This document shows, piece after piece, positions 49,319-58,998 of a stretch of DNA of 64,000 nucleotides. The translations under genes and the position numbers were made by a program. The notes beneath the pieces are model-generated. The model was not told where the DNA came from and searched no databases. It saw nothing but the letters and a program-made list of their open reading frames with translations. The stretch's first letter is position 1. Each line of letters begins with the position of its first letter. The stretch lies in assembly GCA_044223005.1 (NCBI GenBank), contig JBGAML010000016.1:32001-96000 (forward strand), written 5' to 3'. This DNA comes from Candidatus Eiseniibacteriota bacterium (GTDB lineage Bacteria; Eisenbacteria; RBG-16-71-46).

Positions 49319-50041
49319 ATGCACGTCGATCTCGTGATCCCGGCCCTCGACGAGGAAGGTCCGCTCGCGCGCGTGCTCGCCGACCTGCCGCGCGCCGGCG
49401 AGGCGTTCGCGACGCGCGGCGGCCCGTGCATGCTCCGCCAGGTCGTGGTCGCCGACAACGGCTCGAGCGACCGCACGGCCGAGGTCGCGCGCGCCGCCGG
49501 CGCCCACGTCGTGACCGAGCTGCGGCGCGGCTACGGCGCGGCGTGCCTCGCGGCGCTCGCCGCGATCCGGCCCGCGCCGCCCGACGCGGTCGCATTCGTG
49601 GACGCCGACCACAGCGACGATCCGCGCGAGCTGCCTGCCGTGATCGCGCCGCTCGTCGCGGGCGAGGCCGACCTCGTCGTGGGCTCGCGCGTGCTCGGGC
49701 GCATGGAGCCGGGAGCGTTCACGCCCGCGCAGGCGTTCGGCAACTGGCTCGCGCCGGCGCTGCTCCGTGCGCTCTGGGGCGTGCGCGTCACCGACCTCGG
49801 CCCGTTTCGCGCGATCCGCTGGGAGGCGCTGGAGCAGTTGCGCATGCGCGATCGCGACTACGGTTGGACCGTGGAGATGCAGGCGCGCGCGTTCGCCGCC
49901 CGGCTCCGGGTCGCCGAGGTGCCCGTCTCGTACCGGCGCCGCCGCCTCGGGCGCTCCAAGGTGAGCGGCACGCTGCGCGGCGTCTGGGGCGCGGGCACGA
50001 AGATCCTCGGCACGATCGCGCGGGTGCGGCTCGGCGGCTGA
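49319..50041 (+). CDS. GT2 family glycosyltransferase (DPM/DPG synthase-like)
   Basis: VIPALDEE, DNGSSDRT, RGYGAAC, FVDAD, VGSR, TDLGPFRAIR, YGWTVEMQ. Confidence 0.93.
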   Translation: MHVDLVIPALDEEGPLARVLADLPRAGEAFATRGGPCMLRQVVVADNGSSDRTAEVARAAGAHVVTELRRGYGAACLAALAAIRPAPPDAVAFVDADHSDDPRELPAVIAPLVAGEADLVVGSRVLGRMEPGAFTPAQAFGNWLAPALLRALWGVRVTDLGPFRAIRWEALEQLRMRDRDYGWTVEMQARAFAARLRVAEVPVSYRRRRLGRSKVSGTLRGVWGAGTKILGTIARVRLGG

Positions 50042-50099
50042 CGCTCGCGCGAGCGGCGGGCCGCGCGTATGCTGACGGGGTCTTTCCGGAGGTCGCCCC

Positions 50100-51014
50100 A
50101 TGTTCATCGAGGAACATCTCAAGGAGCTCCGGCGCCAGGGCTTCGCGCCCGGCGCCCTGGCCGCGTACGCCCGCTCGGTCGGTGCGCACGTCCGCGCCGA
50201 GCTGCTCGCGAACCCGTCGGCCGCGCGCGCGACGTGGACCGCGGCGGTCGCCTATTTCGTGGCGGCGTTCCTCACCGCGGTGATCTTCAGCGTCACCTGG
50301 GATCGCGAACTCGCGACGCGGTTCTTCCTCGGCACCGCGCTCTGGACGTGTTTCGGGTTCGGGTTCGTGACGCTCTTCCTGGGCCTGCTGCGCGACGCCG
50401 ACGGCTACCGGCTGCCGCGGCTCAACGTCCCGATCCTGCTCACGCTCCTGCGCGTGTCGCTGATCCCGGGCATCACGCTCTTCCTCGAGGAGCGCCACTT
50501 CGCGATGGCGCTCGCGGCCTACCTCGTGGCGGCGCTTTCGGACGTGTTCGACGGGTTCCTCGCGCGCCGCTGGGGCCAGATCACGCGACTGGGCACCGTG
50601 ATGGATCCGCTCGTCGACATCGCCTTCAACCTCGTCATGCTCTGGGGGCTCGCGGCGGCCGGCCTGCTCTCGCAGTGGGTGTTCTGGATCGGCACGCTGC
50701 GCTACGCGATCCTCGTCGTGGGCGCGGCGGGGCTCTACCTGTTCGTGGGCCCGGTCAAGATCCGGCCCACGTCGTTCGGCCGCTTCACGGGCGTCGTGAT
50801 GACTTCGTTCATCGCGCTGCTCACGCTGCTGTGGGCGGTGCAGGGCGAGATCGCCGCGTCGCTCACGCGCCTCACCGAGATCGCGCTCGGCGTGCTGCTC
50901 GCCGCGACCACGGTGCAGATCATCCTCGTCGGCTGGTACAACCTCCGCGTCATGACCGGTGCCGCGCCCGAAGCCGGGCGCGTCATCGAGGACGTGCGGT
51001 TCCGCTCCAAGTGA
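50100..51014 (+). CDS. CDP-alcohol phosphatidyltransferase family protein with N-terminal membrane extension
   Basis: LTLLR...SDVFDGFLARRWGQITRLGTVMDPLVD. Confidence 0.88.
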   Translation: MFIEEHLKELRRQGFAPGALAAYARSVGAHVRAELLANPSAARATWTAAVAYFVAAFLTAVIFSVTWDRELATRFFLGTALWTCFGFGFVTLFLGLLRDADGYRLPRLNVPILLTLLRVSLIPGITLFLEERHFAMALAAYLVAALSDVFDGFLARRWGQITRLGTVMDPLVDIAFNLVMLWGLAAAGLLSQWVFWIGTLRYAILVVGAAGLYLFVGPVKIRPTSFGRFTGVVMTSFIALLTLLWAVQGEIAASLTRLTEIALGVLLAATTVQIILVGWYNLRVMTGAAPEAGRVIEDVRFRSK

Positions 51015-51526
51015 ACGCACCCGCCCCCGCACTCGAAGGCGATCTCGCCCACTTCTTCCCGTCCGAGGTGTTGCAGCTGCTGCAGCTCGCACAGGGCACG
51101 GGCCGGCTCGAGATCGCGCGCGACGGCGAGCGCGTGGACCTGTTCCTCGAGCGCGGCCGGCCCGTGTTCGCGCGCACGAGCGGCGTCGCCGTGCGCGCCG
51201 GCGAGGTGCTCATGCACCGCGGCCTCGTCACGCCCGAGATGCTGGCGCGCGTGCTCGAGGCGCAGCGCACCGAGCCGCGCCGGCGCATCGGCGAGCTGCT
51301 CGTCGCCGCCGGCGTGGTGACCGCGGAGCAGGTGCGCGAGGCCGTGCACGAGGTGCTGCGGCGCATCGTCTACGGCGTGCTGCTCTGGCGCGAGGGCACG
51401 TTCCGGTTCGTGCCCGGCAGTTCCGGCGTGGGCGAGGACATCCAGATCGACCTGGACCTCGACCGGCTGATCCTGGAAGGCCTCCGGCTGGCCGACCAGG
51501 CCCGCGCGCAGCGCCAGGGCGGCTGA
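51011..51526 (+). CDS. DUF4388 (PATAN-like) domain protein
   Basis: LEGDL..F...EVLQLL....TGRL, GEVL..RGLV, IGELLV..G, W.EGTFRF, LILEG.R..D. Confidence 0.85.
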   Translation: MNAPAPALEGDLAHFFPSEVLQLLQLAQGTGRLEIARDGERVDLFLERGRPVFARTSGVAVRAGEVLMHRGLVTPEMLARVLEAQRTEPRRRIGELLVAAGVVTAEQVREAVHEVLRRIVYGVLLWREGTFRFVPGSSGVGEDIQIDLDLDRLILEGLRLADQARAQRQGG

Positions 51527-51588
51527 GCCGCCGCGCTCGTCGGCCCGCGCTGGACGTGGGCCGGGCGGCCCCCTAGCCTCAACCCTCC

Positions 51589-53730
51589 GTGCCCGACCTC
51601 TCGTTCCATCTCGCTCCCAACGCGCCCTGGGCGTGGCTCGTCCTGGCGACGCTGGCCCTGCTCGCGCTGGCCGGTTGGGTCTACGCGTTCGCGTTGCCGC
51701 CGCTCTCGGCGTTCACGCGCCGCGTGCTCGTGGCCGTGCGCGCGATCGCGCTGCTCGCGATCCTGTGGCTGCTCGCGCAGCCGGTGCTCGAGCGGGCGCT
51801 GCCGGCGTCGGGCCGCCGCGTCACGGTGCTCGTCGACCGCTCCGCCAGCATGACGCTGCCTGCCTCGCGCGGTGGCGCGCCGCGCGCCGAAGTCGCCGCG
51901 CGCGCCGCCGACGAGGTGGTGCGCGCGCTGCGGTCGCGGGCGCGCGTCGAGCGTCGCGACTTCGCCGCGATCCTGCGTCCCGACACGGGGCGCGCCGGCC
52001 TGCCCGACCAGTCGACTGCGCTCGGCGATGCGCTCGAGCAGCTCGCGGCGCTGCCGCTCGAGCGCCGGCCCGACGGCGTCGTCGTGGTGAGCGACGGCAT
52101 CGTGAACGCGGGCGCCGACCCGGTCGCCGCGGCGCGCGCGCTCGGCGTGCCGGTGCACGCGGTACGCGTGGGCGGGCCGCTCGGTCCCGATCGCGCGGTC
52201 GCCGAGGTCGAAGGTTCGCGCGAGGCGCGCGTCGGCGAGCCGACGCCGGTGCGCGTGCACGTGCTCTCGGGCGAGCCGCGCGGCACGGCGATCGGCGTGC
52301 GCCTGCTGGACGAGGGCCGCGAGCTGGCGCGCGTGCAGGTGCCCGCGCCGGGGCCGGGCGCCGAAGCGATCGCCGAGCTGCGCGTGACGCCGTCACGACC
52401 CGGGCTCGCGGTGTGGACCGCACGCGTCGATTCGCTGCCGGGCGACGCGGTGCCCGCCAACGACGCGCGCGAAGTGGCCGTGCCGGTGGCGCCGGGCAAG
52501 CTCGGCGTGCTCGTGCTGAGCGCCGGCCTCAACTGGGACCTCACGTTCCTGCGCCGCGCCTGGCTCGGCGATTCGACGCTGGCGCTCGACACGCGCGTGC
52601 GTGACGGCGCCGGCTGGCACGCGGTCGAGCGCGGCCGCTCCGAGGCGCCGCAGCCGGCGGACCTGCGCGGCAAGTCGGTCGTGGTGCTCGACGGGCTCTC
52701 GGCGCCCGAAGCCGGCGCGGCGTTCGACGCCGCGCTCGGCGCATTCGTGCGCGAGGGTGGCGGTCTGCTGCTGCTCGGCGGCCCCGCGCCGGGTGCGGCG
52801 CGCTTCGCGCACGGCGCGCTGGCGCGTGAGCTGGCGTGGGCACGCGGCGCCGGCACCGAGCACGAGGCTTCGCCCGTACCGTCGCCCGCCGCGGGCGAGC
52901 TGTTCGCGTGGGACGAGGATCCCGCGCGCGGCGAGCAGGCGTGGCGCGTGGCCGCACCACTCGCGGCGGTGCAGCCCCTCGCGGCGGCCGCGGGCGATCG
53001 CGTGCTTCTCGCGGGCTCGGGTGGCGGCGCGCCGCTCGTGGTCTCGCGCCGCGCCGGCCGCGGTCCGGTGATGCTCGTCAACGGCACCGGCTTCTGGCGC
53101 TGGGCGCTCTCGGGCACCGACGCGCTCGCGTCCGATCGCAGCCGCGTGCTGTGGCGGCACGTCGCGCGCTGGCTCGCCGAGCCCGTCCAGGGCGAGCCGC
53201 TGCGCGTGCAGCCCGAGCGCGCGTTGACGCCGGGCGGCGAGCCGGTGCGGCTCGTGGCGAGCCTGCAGGACGAGGCGTTCCGGCCGCTCGCGGGCGCGCA
53301 ACTCGCGGGCGAGGCGGTCGACGCGCGCGGCGGCCGCGTGCCGCTGGCGTTCGTGCCCGGCGAGCCGGGCAGCTACGTCGCGACGCTGCCTGCGCCGCAC
53401 CCGGGGCGCTGGCAGGTGAGCGTGCGCGCCACCGCGGGCGGCCGCGAGCGTGGCCGGGCGCGCGGCGAGTTCGCGGTCGACCGCTGGAGCCTCGAGCTGC
53501 TTCGCGCCGAGCCCGACAGCGCGACGCTCGGCGCCATGGCCGCCGCGAGCGGCGGCCGCGTCACCGACGCGGCGGGCGCGGGACGCTGGGCGGAGCGGAT
53601 CGAGACGCGCGCACTGGCGCGCCGCCGCACGTCGAGCACGCGGCTCTGGGAGTCGCCGTGGACGTTCGCGATCGTGGTCGGCCTGCTCGCCGTCGAATGG
53701 ATCTGGCGCCGCCGCCGCGGCCTGCCCTGA
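51589..53730 (+). CDS. Membrane protein with vWA and GATase-like domains
   Basis: N-terminal TMs, VDRSASM, TALG, VSDG..N.G, FVREGGGLL.LGG, C-terminal L.VEWIWRRRRGLP. Confidence 0.85.
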   Translation: MPDLSFHLAPNAPWAWLVLATLALLALAGWVYAFALPPLSAFTRRVLVAVRAIALLAILWLLAQPVLERALPASGRRVTVLVDRSASMTLPASRGGAPRAEVAARAADEVVRALRSRARVERRDFAAILRPDTGRAGLPDQSTALGDALEQLAALPLERRPDGVVVVSDGIVNAGADPVAAARALGVPVHAVRVGGPLGPDRAVAEVEGSREARVGEPTPVRVHVLSGEPRGTAIGVRLLDEGRELARVQVPAPGPGAEAIAELRVTPSRPGLAVWTARVDSLPGDAVPANDAREVAVPVAPGKLGVLVLSAGLNWDLTFLRRAWLGDSTLALDTRVRDGAGWHAVERGRSEAPQPADLRGKSVVVLDGLSAPEAGAAFDAALGAFVREGGGLLLLGGPAPGAARFAHGALARELAWARGAGTEHEASPVPSPAAGELFAWDEDPARGEQAWRVAAPLAAVQPLAAAAGDRVLLAGSGGGAPLVVSRRAGRGPVMLVNGTGFWRWALSGTDALASDRSRVLWRHVARWLAEPVQGEPLRVQPERALTPGGEPVRLVASLQDEAFRPLAGAQLAGEAVDARGGRVPLAFVPGEPGSYVATLPAPHPGRWQVSVRATAGGRERGRARGEFAVDRWSLELLRAEPDSATLGAMAAASGGRVTDAAGAGRWAERIETRALARRRTSSTRLWESPWTFAIVVGLLAVEWIWRRRRGLP

Positions 53731-53834
53731 ACCCGATCGCCTGACCCGCCGCGCGGGCACGCGCGTTGCGGAGGACTTCCCGGTCGCGGCATTCGCCGCG
53801 CGCCCCGGCCGACTCGCCCCCGGGCGGAGATCCG

Positions 53835-55466
53835 ATGCCGTTCGCGACGCTTGCGGCGTTCGCGCTCGTCACGCCCACGCTGCTCGTGTGCTCACCCGCG
53901 GGGCACCCGATCGTCACCGAAGTGGTCTACGACGCACCCGGTGACGACACCGGCTGGGAGTTCGTCGAGTTCTGGAACGCCTCGGACCGCGACGTCGCGC
54001 TCGCCGGCGTGGTGATCGAGGCCGGCGACGGCGCGGGGCCCGGGCGCTGGACGAAGCGCTGGACCGGCGGCGTCGCCGACACGATCCGCGCGCATGCGCG
54101 CTTCGTGGTGGGCGGCGCGCACGTGACGCCGCCGCCGGATGCGCTCGTCACGCTGGAGCTGCAGAACGGGCCCGACGGCCTGCGCATCACGTGGCCGGAC
54201 GGCGCGCGCGAGGTGGTGGGCTGGGGCGCGCTCGCGTATCCCGAGTACGCCTGCGGCGCACCGGCGCCCGACGTGGCCGCGGGCCAGTCGCTCGCACGCG
54301 TTCCCGACGACGCCGATCGCGGCGGCAACGCGCTCGACTTCCGCGCCTCGGAGCCCTCGCCCGGGCGGCCCAACCAGCCGGGCGTCGACCTCTCGCTGCA
54401 GCGCGGATCGCTCGCGTGCTCGCCCGCGGCGCCCGATCCCGGCGCGAGCGCCCACGTCGCGTTCGCGGTGACGAACCGCGGCGCGCAGCCGCTCGCCGCG
54501 GGCACGGCGCGCGTGGCGCTGGCGGGCGATGTGCTCGCCGACAGCGCGTGGGTGCCGCTGCCCGCGATCGCACCCGGCGAAACGCTCGCCGTCGCGGCCG
54601 AGGTGCGCACCGGTCTCGCGGGTGCGCGCGTGCTCGTGGCGCGCGCGTTCGCGCCCGGCGACGAAGCGCCGGGCAACGACGCCGACACGCTGCGCGTGCG
54701 CGTCGGGCCCGGGCCCATCGAGATCACCGAGATCCAGTTCCACCCCGCGGCGGGCGAGGGCGAATGGGTCGAGCTCCGCAATCGTTCCGCGTCGCCGGTC
54801 GAGCTCGCGGGCTGGACGTTCTCGGATCGCGCCGACGCGCGCTCGCCGCTCGACGACGCGCCGGTCGTCGAGCCCGAGAGCCTGCTCGTGCTGGCGCAGG
54901 ATCCGGCGGCACTGGCCGCGGCCTTCCCGGCGCTCGATCCCGCGCGGCTGGTGCGCGTCGCGTCGTGGCCCAGCCTCAACAATTCCGACGCCGCCGACGG
55001 TGTCGCCGACATCCTGACGTTGCGCGAAAGCGACGACCTGCCGTCCGACCGCGTCGCGTATTCGGCGGCGGGCGTCCCCGCGGGCGCGACGCTCGAGAAG
55101 TCCTCGGGCGCGTGGCGCGCTTCGGCCGCGCCCAACGGTACGCCGCTCGCGCCGCCGCGCGGCGGGGGAGCGCACGCGCTCGCGTTCGCGGTCCACCCGC
55201 GCGCGGTGCCCGCCGGCGCACCCGAGGTCGCCGTCGACTGGACGCTGCCGTGGCCCGCGGCGCGCGTCACGATCGAGCTCGTCGACCTCGCCGGGCATCG
55301 CGTCGCGCGGCTGCTCGACGCCGAGACGAGTGCCGCGTCCGGCTCGCGCCGGCTGCGCCTGGACGGCGCCGGCCCCGGCGTGTTCGTCGCGGTGCTGCGC
55401 GCGCGCTCGACGCACGGCGTCGCGAGCCGCGGCGTGCCGCTGCGCGTCGTCGGGAGCGCGCCGTGA
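53835..55466 (+). CDS. Lamin-tail-domain (x2) plus CARDB-like protein with degenerate C-terminal sorting domain
   Basis: IVTEVVYD...WEFVEFWN; ITEIQFH...EWVELRN; LQN/LNN..D; ELVDLAGHRVARL. Confidence 0.8.
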   Translation: MPFATLAAFALVTPTLLVCSPAGHPIVTEVVYDAPGDDTGWEFVEFWNASDRDVALAGVVIEAGDGAGPGRWTKRWTGGVADTIRAHARFVVGGAHVTPPPDALVTLELQNGPDGLRITWPDGAREVVGWGALAYPEYACGAPAPDVAAGQSLARVPDDADRGGNALDFRASEPSPGRPNQPGVDLSLQRGSLACSPAAPDPGASAHVAFAVTNRGAQPLAAGTARVALAGDVLADSAWVPLPAIAPGETLAVAAEVRTGLAGARVLVARAFAPGDEAPGNDADTLRVRVGPGPIEITEIQFHPAAGEGEWVELRNRSASPVELAGWTFSDRADARSPLDDAPVVEPESLLVLAQDPAALAAAFPALDPARLVRVASWPSLNNSDAADGVADILTLRESDDLPSDRVAYSAAGVPAGATLEKSSGAWRASAAPNGTPLAPPRGGGAHALAFAVHPRAVPAGAPEVAVDWTLPWPAARVTIELVDLAGHRVARLLDAETSAASGSRRLRLDGAGPGVFVAVLRARSTHGVASRGVPLRVVGSAP

Positions 55467-56266
55467 GCGCCGTACGGAAGGCGTCGCTCGTACTGCTGTT
55501 CGCCGCGCGGCTCGTGGCCGCGCAGGACTTCGCGCCCGCGGCGCCCGCGGGCCCGCGGCCCGGTGCGCTCGCGCTGCTCGAGCGCGCGCTGCCCGCTCCA
55601 GGCGGGGCGTTCGCGCTCGAGTCGCAGGCGACGCGCTGGTTCGCGCTGCCGGAGCTCGAGACGCGCGCCGCCGCGCTGCAGGTGCCCGCGGGCGCGGCGC
55701 GCGTGGCGCTGGGGCTCTCGCAGACGGGCGATCCCGAACTCGGTTGGACCGCGGCCGCGCTCGCACTGGGTGCCACGGGGGCGCCCGGTGGCGCCGCCCT
55801 GCGCGCCGTCGCGCGCCACGACCGGCGCGAAGGCGCGCTGCGAGACGGCGCGCTGGCGCGCGGCGGCGGCCTCGAGGCCGGCGCGGGCGCGTGGTGCGCA
55901 GCGGGTGACGCGTGCGTGTTCTGGGCGTCGGCGCCGCAGGTCTGGACCGGCGGCGCCGCGCCGCCGCTCGTGCGCCCGCTCGAACTCGGCGTCCGCACCG
56001 GCGGCGACGGCCTCGCCGCGTGGGCGACGCTGCTCTCGCCGTTGCGGGGCGACGACGGCGAGCGCGCGGCCGGGGTGTCGCTCGTGCGGGGCGGGCTCGT
56101 ACTGTGGGCCGAGGCGCGTGATGCGCCGTTGCGCGGGTCGTTCGGGCTCGCGGCGCGCGTGGGTGCGCTCGCGATCGAGGCGCGCGCCGACGCGCATCCG
56201 CTGCTCGGCGAGACGACGCGCCTCGCGTGCGCGTGGCGGCCGCACGCGCGTACGGAGGTGCGGTGA
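55463..56266 (+). CDS. Hypothetical exported protein, possible outer-membrane beta-barrel
   Basis: GTGA coupling, signal-like N-terminus, RWFALPEL, alternating strands, HPLLG near the C-terminus. Confidence 0.6.
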   Translation: MSAVRKASLVLLFAARLVAAQDFAPAAPAGPRPGALALLERALPAPGGAFALESQATRWFALPELETRAAALQVPAGAARVALGLSQTGDPELGWTAAALALGATGAPGGAALRAVARHDRREGALRDGALARGGGLEAGAGAWCAAGDACVFWASAPQVWTGGAAPPLVRPLELGVRTGGDGLAAWATLLSPLRGDDGERAAGVSLVRGGLVLWAEARDAPLRGSFGLAARVGALAIEARADAHPLLGETTRLACAWRPHARTEVR

Positions 56267-57618
56267 GCGCGCGGCGCGCGGCGCTGCTGGCGATATGGCT
56301 CGCGACGCTCGCGCCACCCGCGTGCGCGCAGGAGGCCGAGCCGCCGCCCGAGGCGCCGCCGGGCGACTGGAGCGAGGAAGTGGCCGACACGCTCGCGCGC
56401 GGCTGGGTCGAGACCACGTTCAGCTCGCGCGGGCGGGCGGGCTCGGCGCCGCGCAGTGGCGAGAAGCTGCGCTTTCGCGGTGAGGGCGTGGCCGGCAGCG
56501 TGCGCAGCGGTTCGGATCCCGTCGCCGGTGCACGGCTCGAGAGCGCGTTCGGCCGCGGCACGCTGCGCGCCGGCCGGCTCGCGCCGCGCTGGGGGCGTGG
56601 CCTGCTCGTGGGTGGCGCCGCGCAGGCGTGGGCCGCGCAGGCGGAGGACCGCGGCGACGGCGCGCCGGTGCGCGGCCACGCCGCCGACGGCGCGCTCTGG
56701 AGTGCCGAGGGCGGCGCGTGCGAGATGCTCGCGGCGCGCTACCGGCGCGTCGGCATCGCCGGTGCGCGCGTGGCGCACGGGCCCGTGTCGCTCGCCGGCA
56801 TCGCGCGCGGTGCCGCATGGCAGGGTGCCGTCGCGTTCGCGGACGACGGCCGCGCCGCGGAACTCGCCGCCGATCGCGCCGGCCGCTGGCGCGCCGAGTT
56901 CTCCGCGTGGCGCACGGACGAGCCCGCGACGCTCGCGCTTCGCGTCCGCACGGGGCATGCGCGCTTTCGCTCGCTCGCCGAGCCGCTGCGCGCCGGTCCC
57001 GCCACGCTCGCGAGTGCGGGCGCGAACGCCGCGGGCGAAACGATCGCGGCCCGCGCGCTCGCCGCGTGGTGGCGGTGGGCGCCGGAGCAGGGTGGCGCGG
57101 TCGCGTCGCTTGAAGTGCGCACGCGGCTGGTCCACCATGCGGAGGTCGCTGTCGGATGCGACGAGCAGCACGGCACGCGGCGCGATCCCGCGTCGACGGC
57201 CGCTCCCGCCTCGGCCTCCGGGCTGCGGCAGGGCTGGTGGTGCTCCTGGCGAGGCCGCACGCGCGGCCGGGCCCTGGAACTGCGCCACGAGTTGCGTGGG
57301 AGCCGGGCGTTCGCTCGGGACGCCGTGCGCCGCACGCTGGCCGCGAGCGGCGAGAGTGCGCTGCCGTTCGGTGCGAGCCTCGCGGTGACGCATCGCACGT
57401 GGGCCACGCGCTCGGGCGAGTCGCTGTGGCTCGCCGAATCCGACGGCGACCTGCTGACGCTGCGCGCGGCCACCGGCTCGGGCGCACGGACGCAGGTGGT
57501 GCTCGCGGTGCCCGGACTCGGAGGGCGCGCGCGGGCGGTCGCGGAATGGACGACGGTGCCGTCACGGCGCACGGCACCCGGCTGGTCGCTCGAATGGACG
57601 CGCCGCACGCGGCAGTGA
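56263..57618 (+). CDS. Hypothetical exported protein, possible outer-membrane beta-barrel
   Basis: GTGA coupling, signal peptide, G.L.PRWGRGLL motif, amphipathic Trp-containing C-terminal strand. Confidence 0.6.
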   Translation: MSARRAALLAIWLATLAPPACAQEAEPPPEAPPGDWSEEVADTLARGWVETTFSSRGRAGSAPRSGEKLRFRGEGVAGSVRSGSDPVAGARLESAFGRGTLRAGRLAPRWGRGLLVGGAAQAWAAQAEDRGDGAPVRGHAADGALWSAEGGACEMLAARYRRVGIAGARVAHGPVSLAGIARGAAWQGAVAFADDGRAAELAADRAGRWRAEFSAWRTDEPATLALRVRTGHARFRSLAEPLRAGPATLASAGANAAGETIAARALAAWWRWAPEQGGAVASLEVRTRLVHHAEVAVGCDEQHGTRRDPASTAAPASASGLRQGWWCSWRGRTRGRALELRHELRGSRAFARDAVRRTLAASGESALPFGASLAVTHRTWATRSGESLWLAESDGDLLTLRAATGSGARTQVVLAVPGLGGRARAVAEWTTVPSRRTAPGWSLEWTRRTRQ

Positions 57619-57673
57619 CCGCGACGAGGCCTCGAACCCGGCGCCCGTGAGCGCTTCCGGAAGGGATCACCCC

Positions 57674-58846
57674 ATGAAATTCGCGCAGCGTCTGGGACGC
57701 ATCACGACCGCCGCTTCGTTCGACATGCTCGCGCGCGGCAAGGCGCTCGAAGCCCAGGGGCGCAGCATCATCCATCTCGGGATCGGCGAGCCCGACTTCG
57801 ACACGCCCGCGTTCATCCGCGAGGCGGCCAAGGTCGCGCTCGACCAGGGCTGGACGCACTACGGTCCCGCGCCCGGCCTGCCCGATTTCCGCAAGACGAT
57901 CGCCGACACGTGGCGTGCCCGCCGCGGCATTCCGTGCGAGGCGAAGCACGTCGTCGTCTGCCCGGGTGCCAAGCCGGTGCTCTTCTTCGCGCTGCTCTCG
58001 CTGCTCGAGCCCGGCGACGAGGTGATCATCCCCAGCCCGGCGTTCCCGAACTACGGCTCGATGGCGCAGTTCGCCGAGGGCAAGGTCGTGAGCACGCCGC
58101 TCGTGCCCGAGCGCGGGTTCGACCTCGACCTCGACGCCCTGCGCGCACGCATCAACGCACGCACGCGGGTGCTGATCCTCAACTCGCCGCACAACCCGAC
58201 GGGCGGCGTGCTGCCCGAGTCCACGCTGCAGGCGGTGCGCGAACTGGTGCTGAAGCACGACCTCGCCGTGATCGCCGACGACATCTACGCCGACATGGTC
58301 TACGAGGGCACGTACACGTCGTTCGCGTCGCTGCCCGACATGTTCGAGCGCACCGTCACCGTGGACGGTTTTTCAAAGACCTACGCCATGACCGGCTGGC
58401 GGCTCGGGTTCGGGCTCATGACCGAGGCGCTCGCCAAGCACATGGCGACGCTCATGAACAACTCGAACTCGTGCACCACCACGTTCGTCCAGAAGGCCGG
58501 CGACGCCGCGTTGAAGGGGCCGCAGGACGACGTGAAGAAGATGGTCGAGGAGTTCCGCGCCCGCCGGAAACTGGTGGTCGACGGCCTCAACGCCATCCCT
58601 GGCGTCTCGTGCTTCAACCCGCCCGGCGCGTTTTACGCGTTCCCGAAGGTGGTCGTGCCCGGCATGACGTCGGGCCAGGTCGCCGACGCGCTGCTGGACG
58701 AGGCGGGCGTCGTGACGCTGCCCGGCACGGGCTTCGGCGCCGAGGGCGAGGGCTGGCTGCGGCTCTCGTACGCCAACTCGCAGGAGAACCTGCGCGAGGG
58801 CCTGAAGCGCATCGCCGGCTGGCTCGCGAGCAAGAACGTCCGCTGA
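57674..58846 (+). CDS. Class I/II PLP-dependent (aspartate-type) aminotransferase
   Basis: GIGEPDFDTP, ILNSPHNPTG, DDIY, GFSKTYAMTGWRLG, GAFY, LRLSYA. Confidence 0.96.
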   Translation: MKFAQRLGRITTAASFDMLARGKALEAQGRSIIHLGIGEPDFDTPAFIREAAKVALDQGWTHYGPAPGLPDFRKTIADTWRARRGIPCEAKHVVVCPGAKPVLFFALLSLLEPGDEVIIPSPAFPNYGSMAQFAEGKVVSTPLVPERGFDLDLDALRARINARTRVLILNSPHNPTGGVLPESTLQAVRELVLKHDLAVIADDIYADMVYEGTYTSFASLPDMFERTVTVDGFSKTYAMTGWRLGFGLMTEALAKHMATLMNNSNSCTTTFVQKAGDAALKGPQDDVKKMVEEFRARRKLVVDGLNAIPGVSCFNPPGAFYAFPKVVVPGMTSGQVADALLDEAGVVTLPGTGFGAEGEGWLRLSYANSQENLREGLKRIAGWLASKNVR

Positions 58847-58998
58847 CCGACGCAGGTGTACACGCCGCCGTCGCCATCCGCGACGGCGGCGTGCGTGTTT
58901 CCGGGCGCAAACCGCTGCGGTGACGTCCGCGGGGCCGGGGCACGGACCGTGCAGGAAAGCGCTGCGTCCCCGGCCACCGCCCCCGCGCGGAGCCGTCG

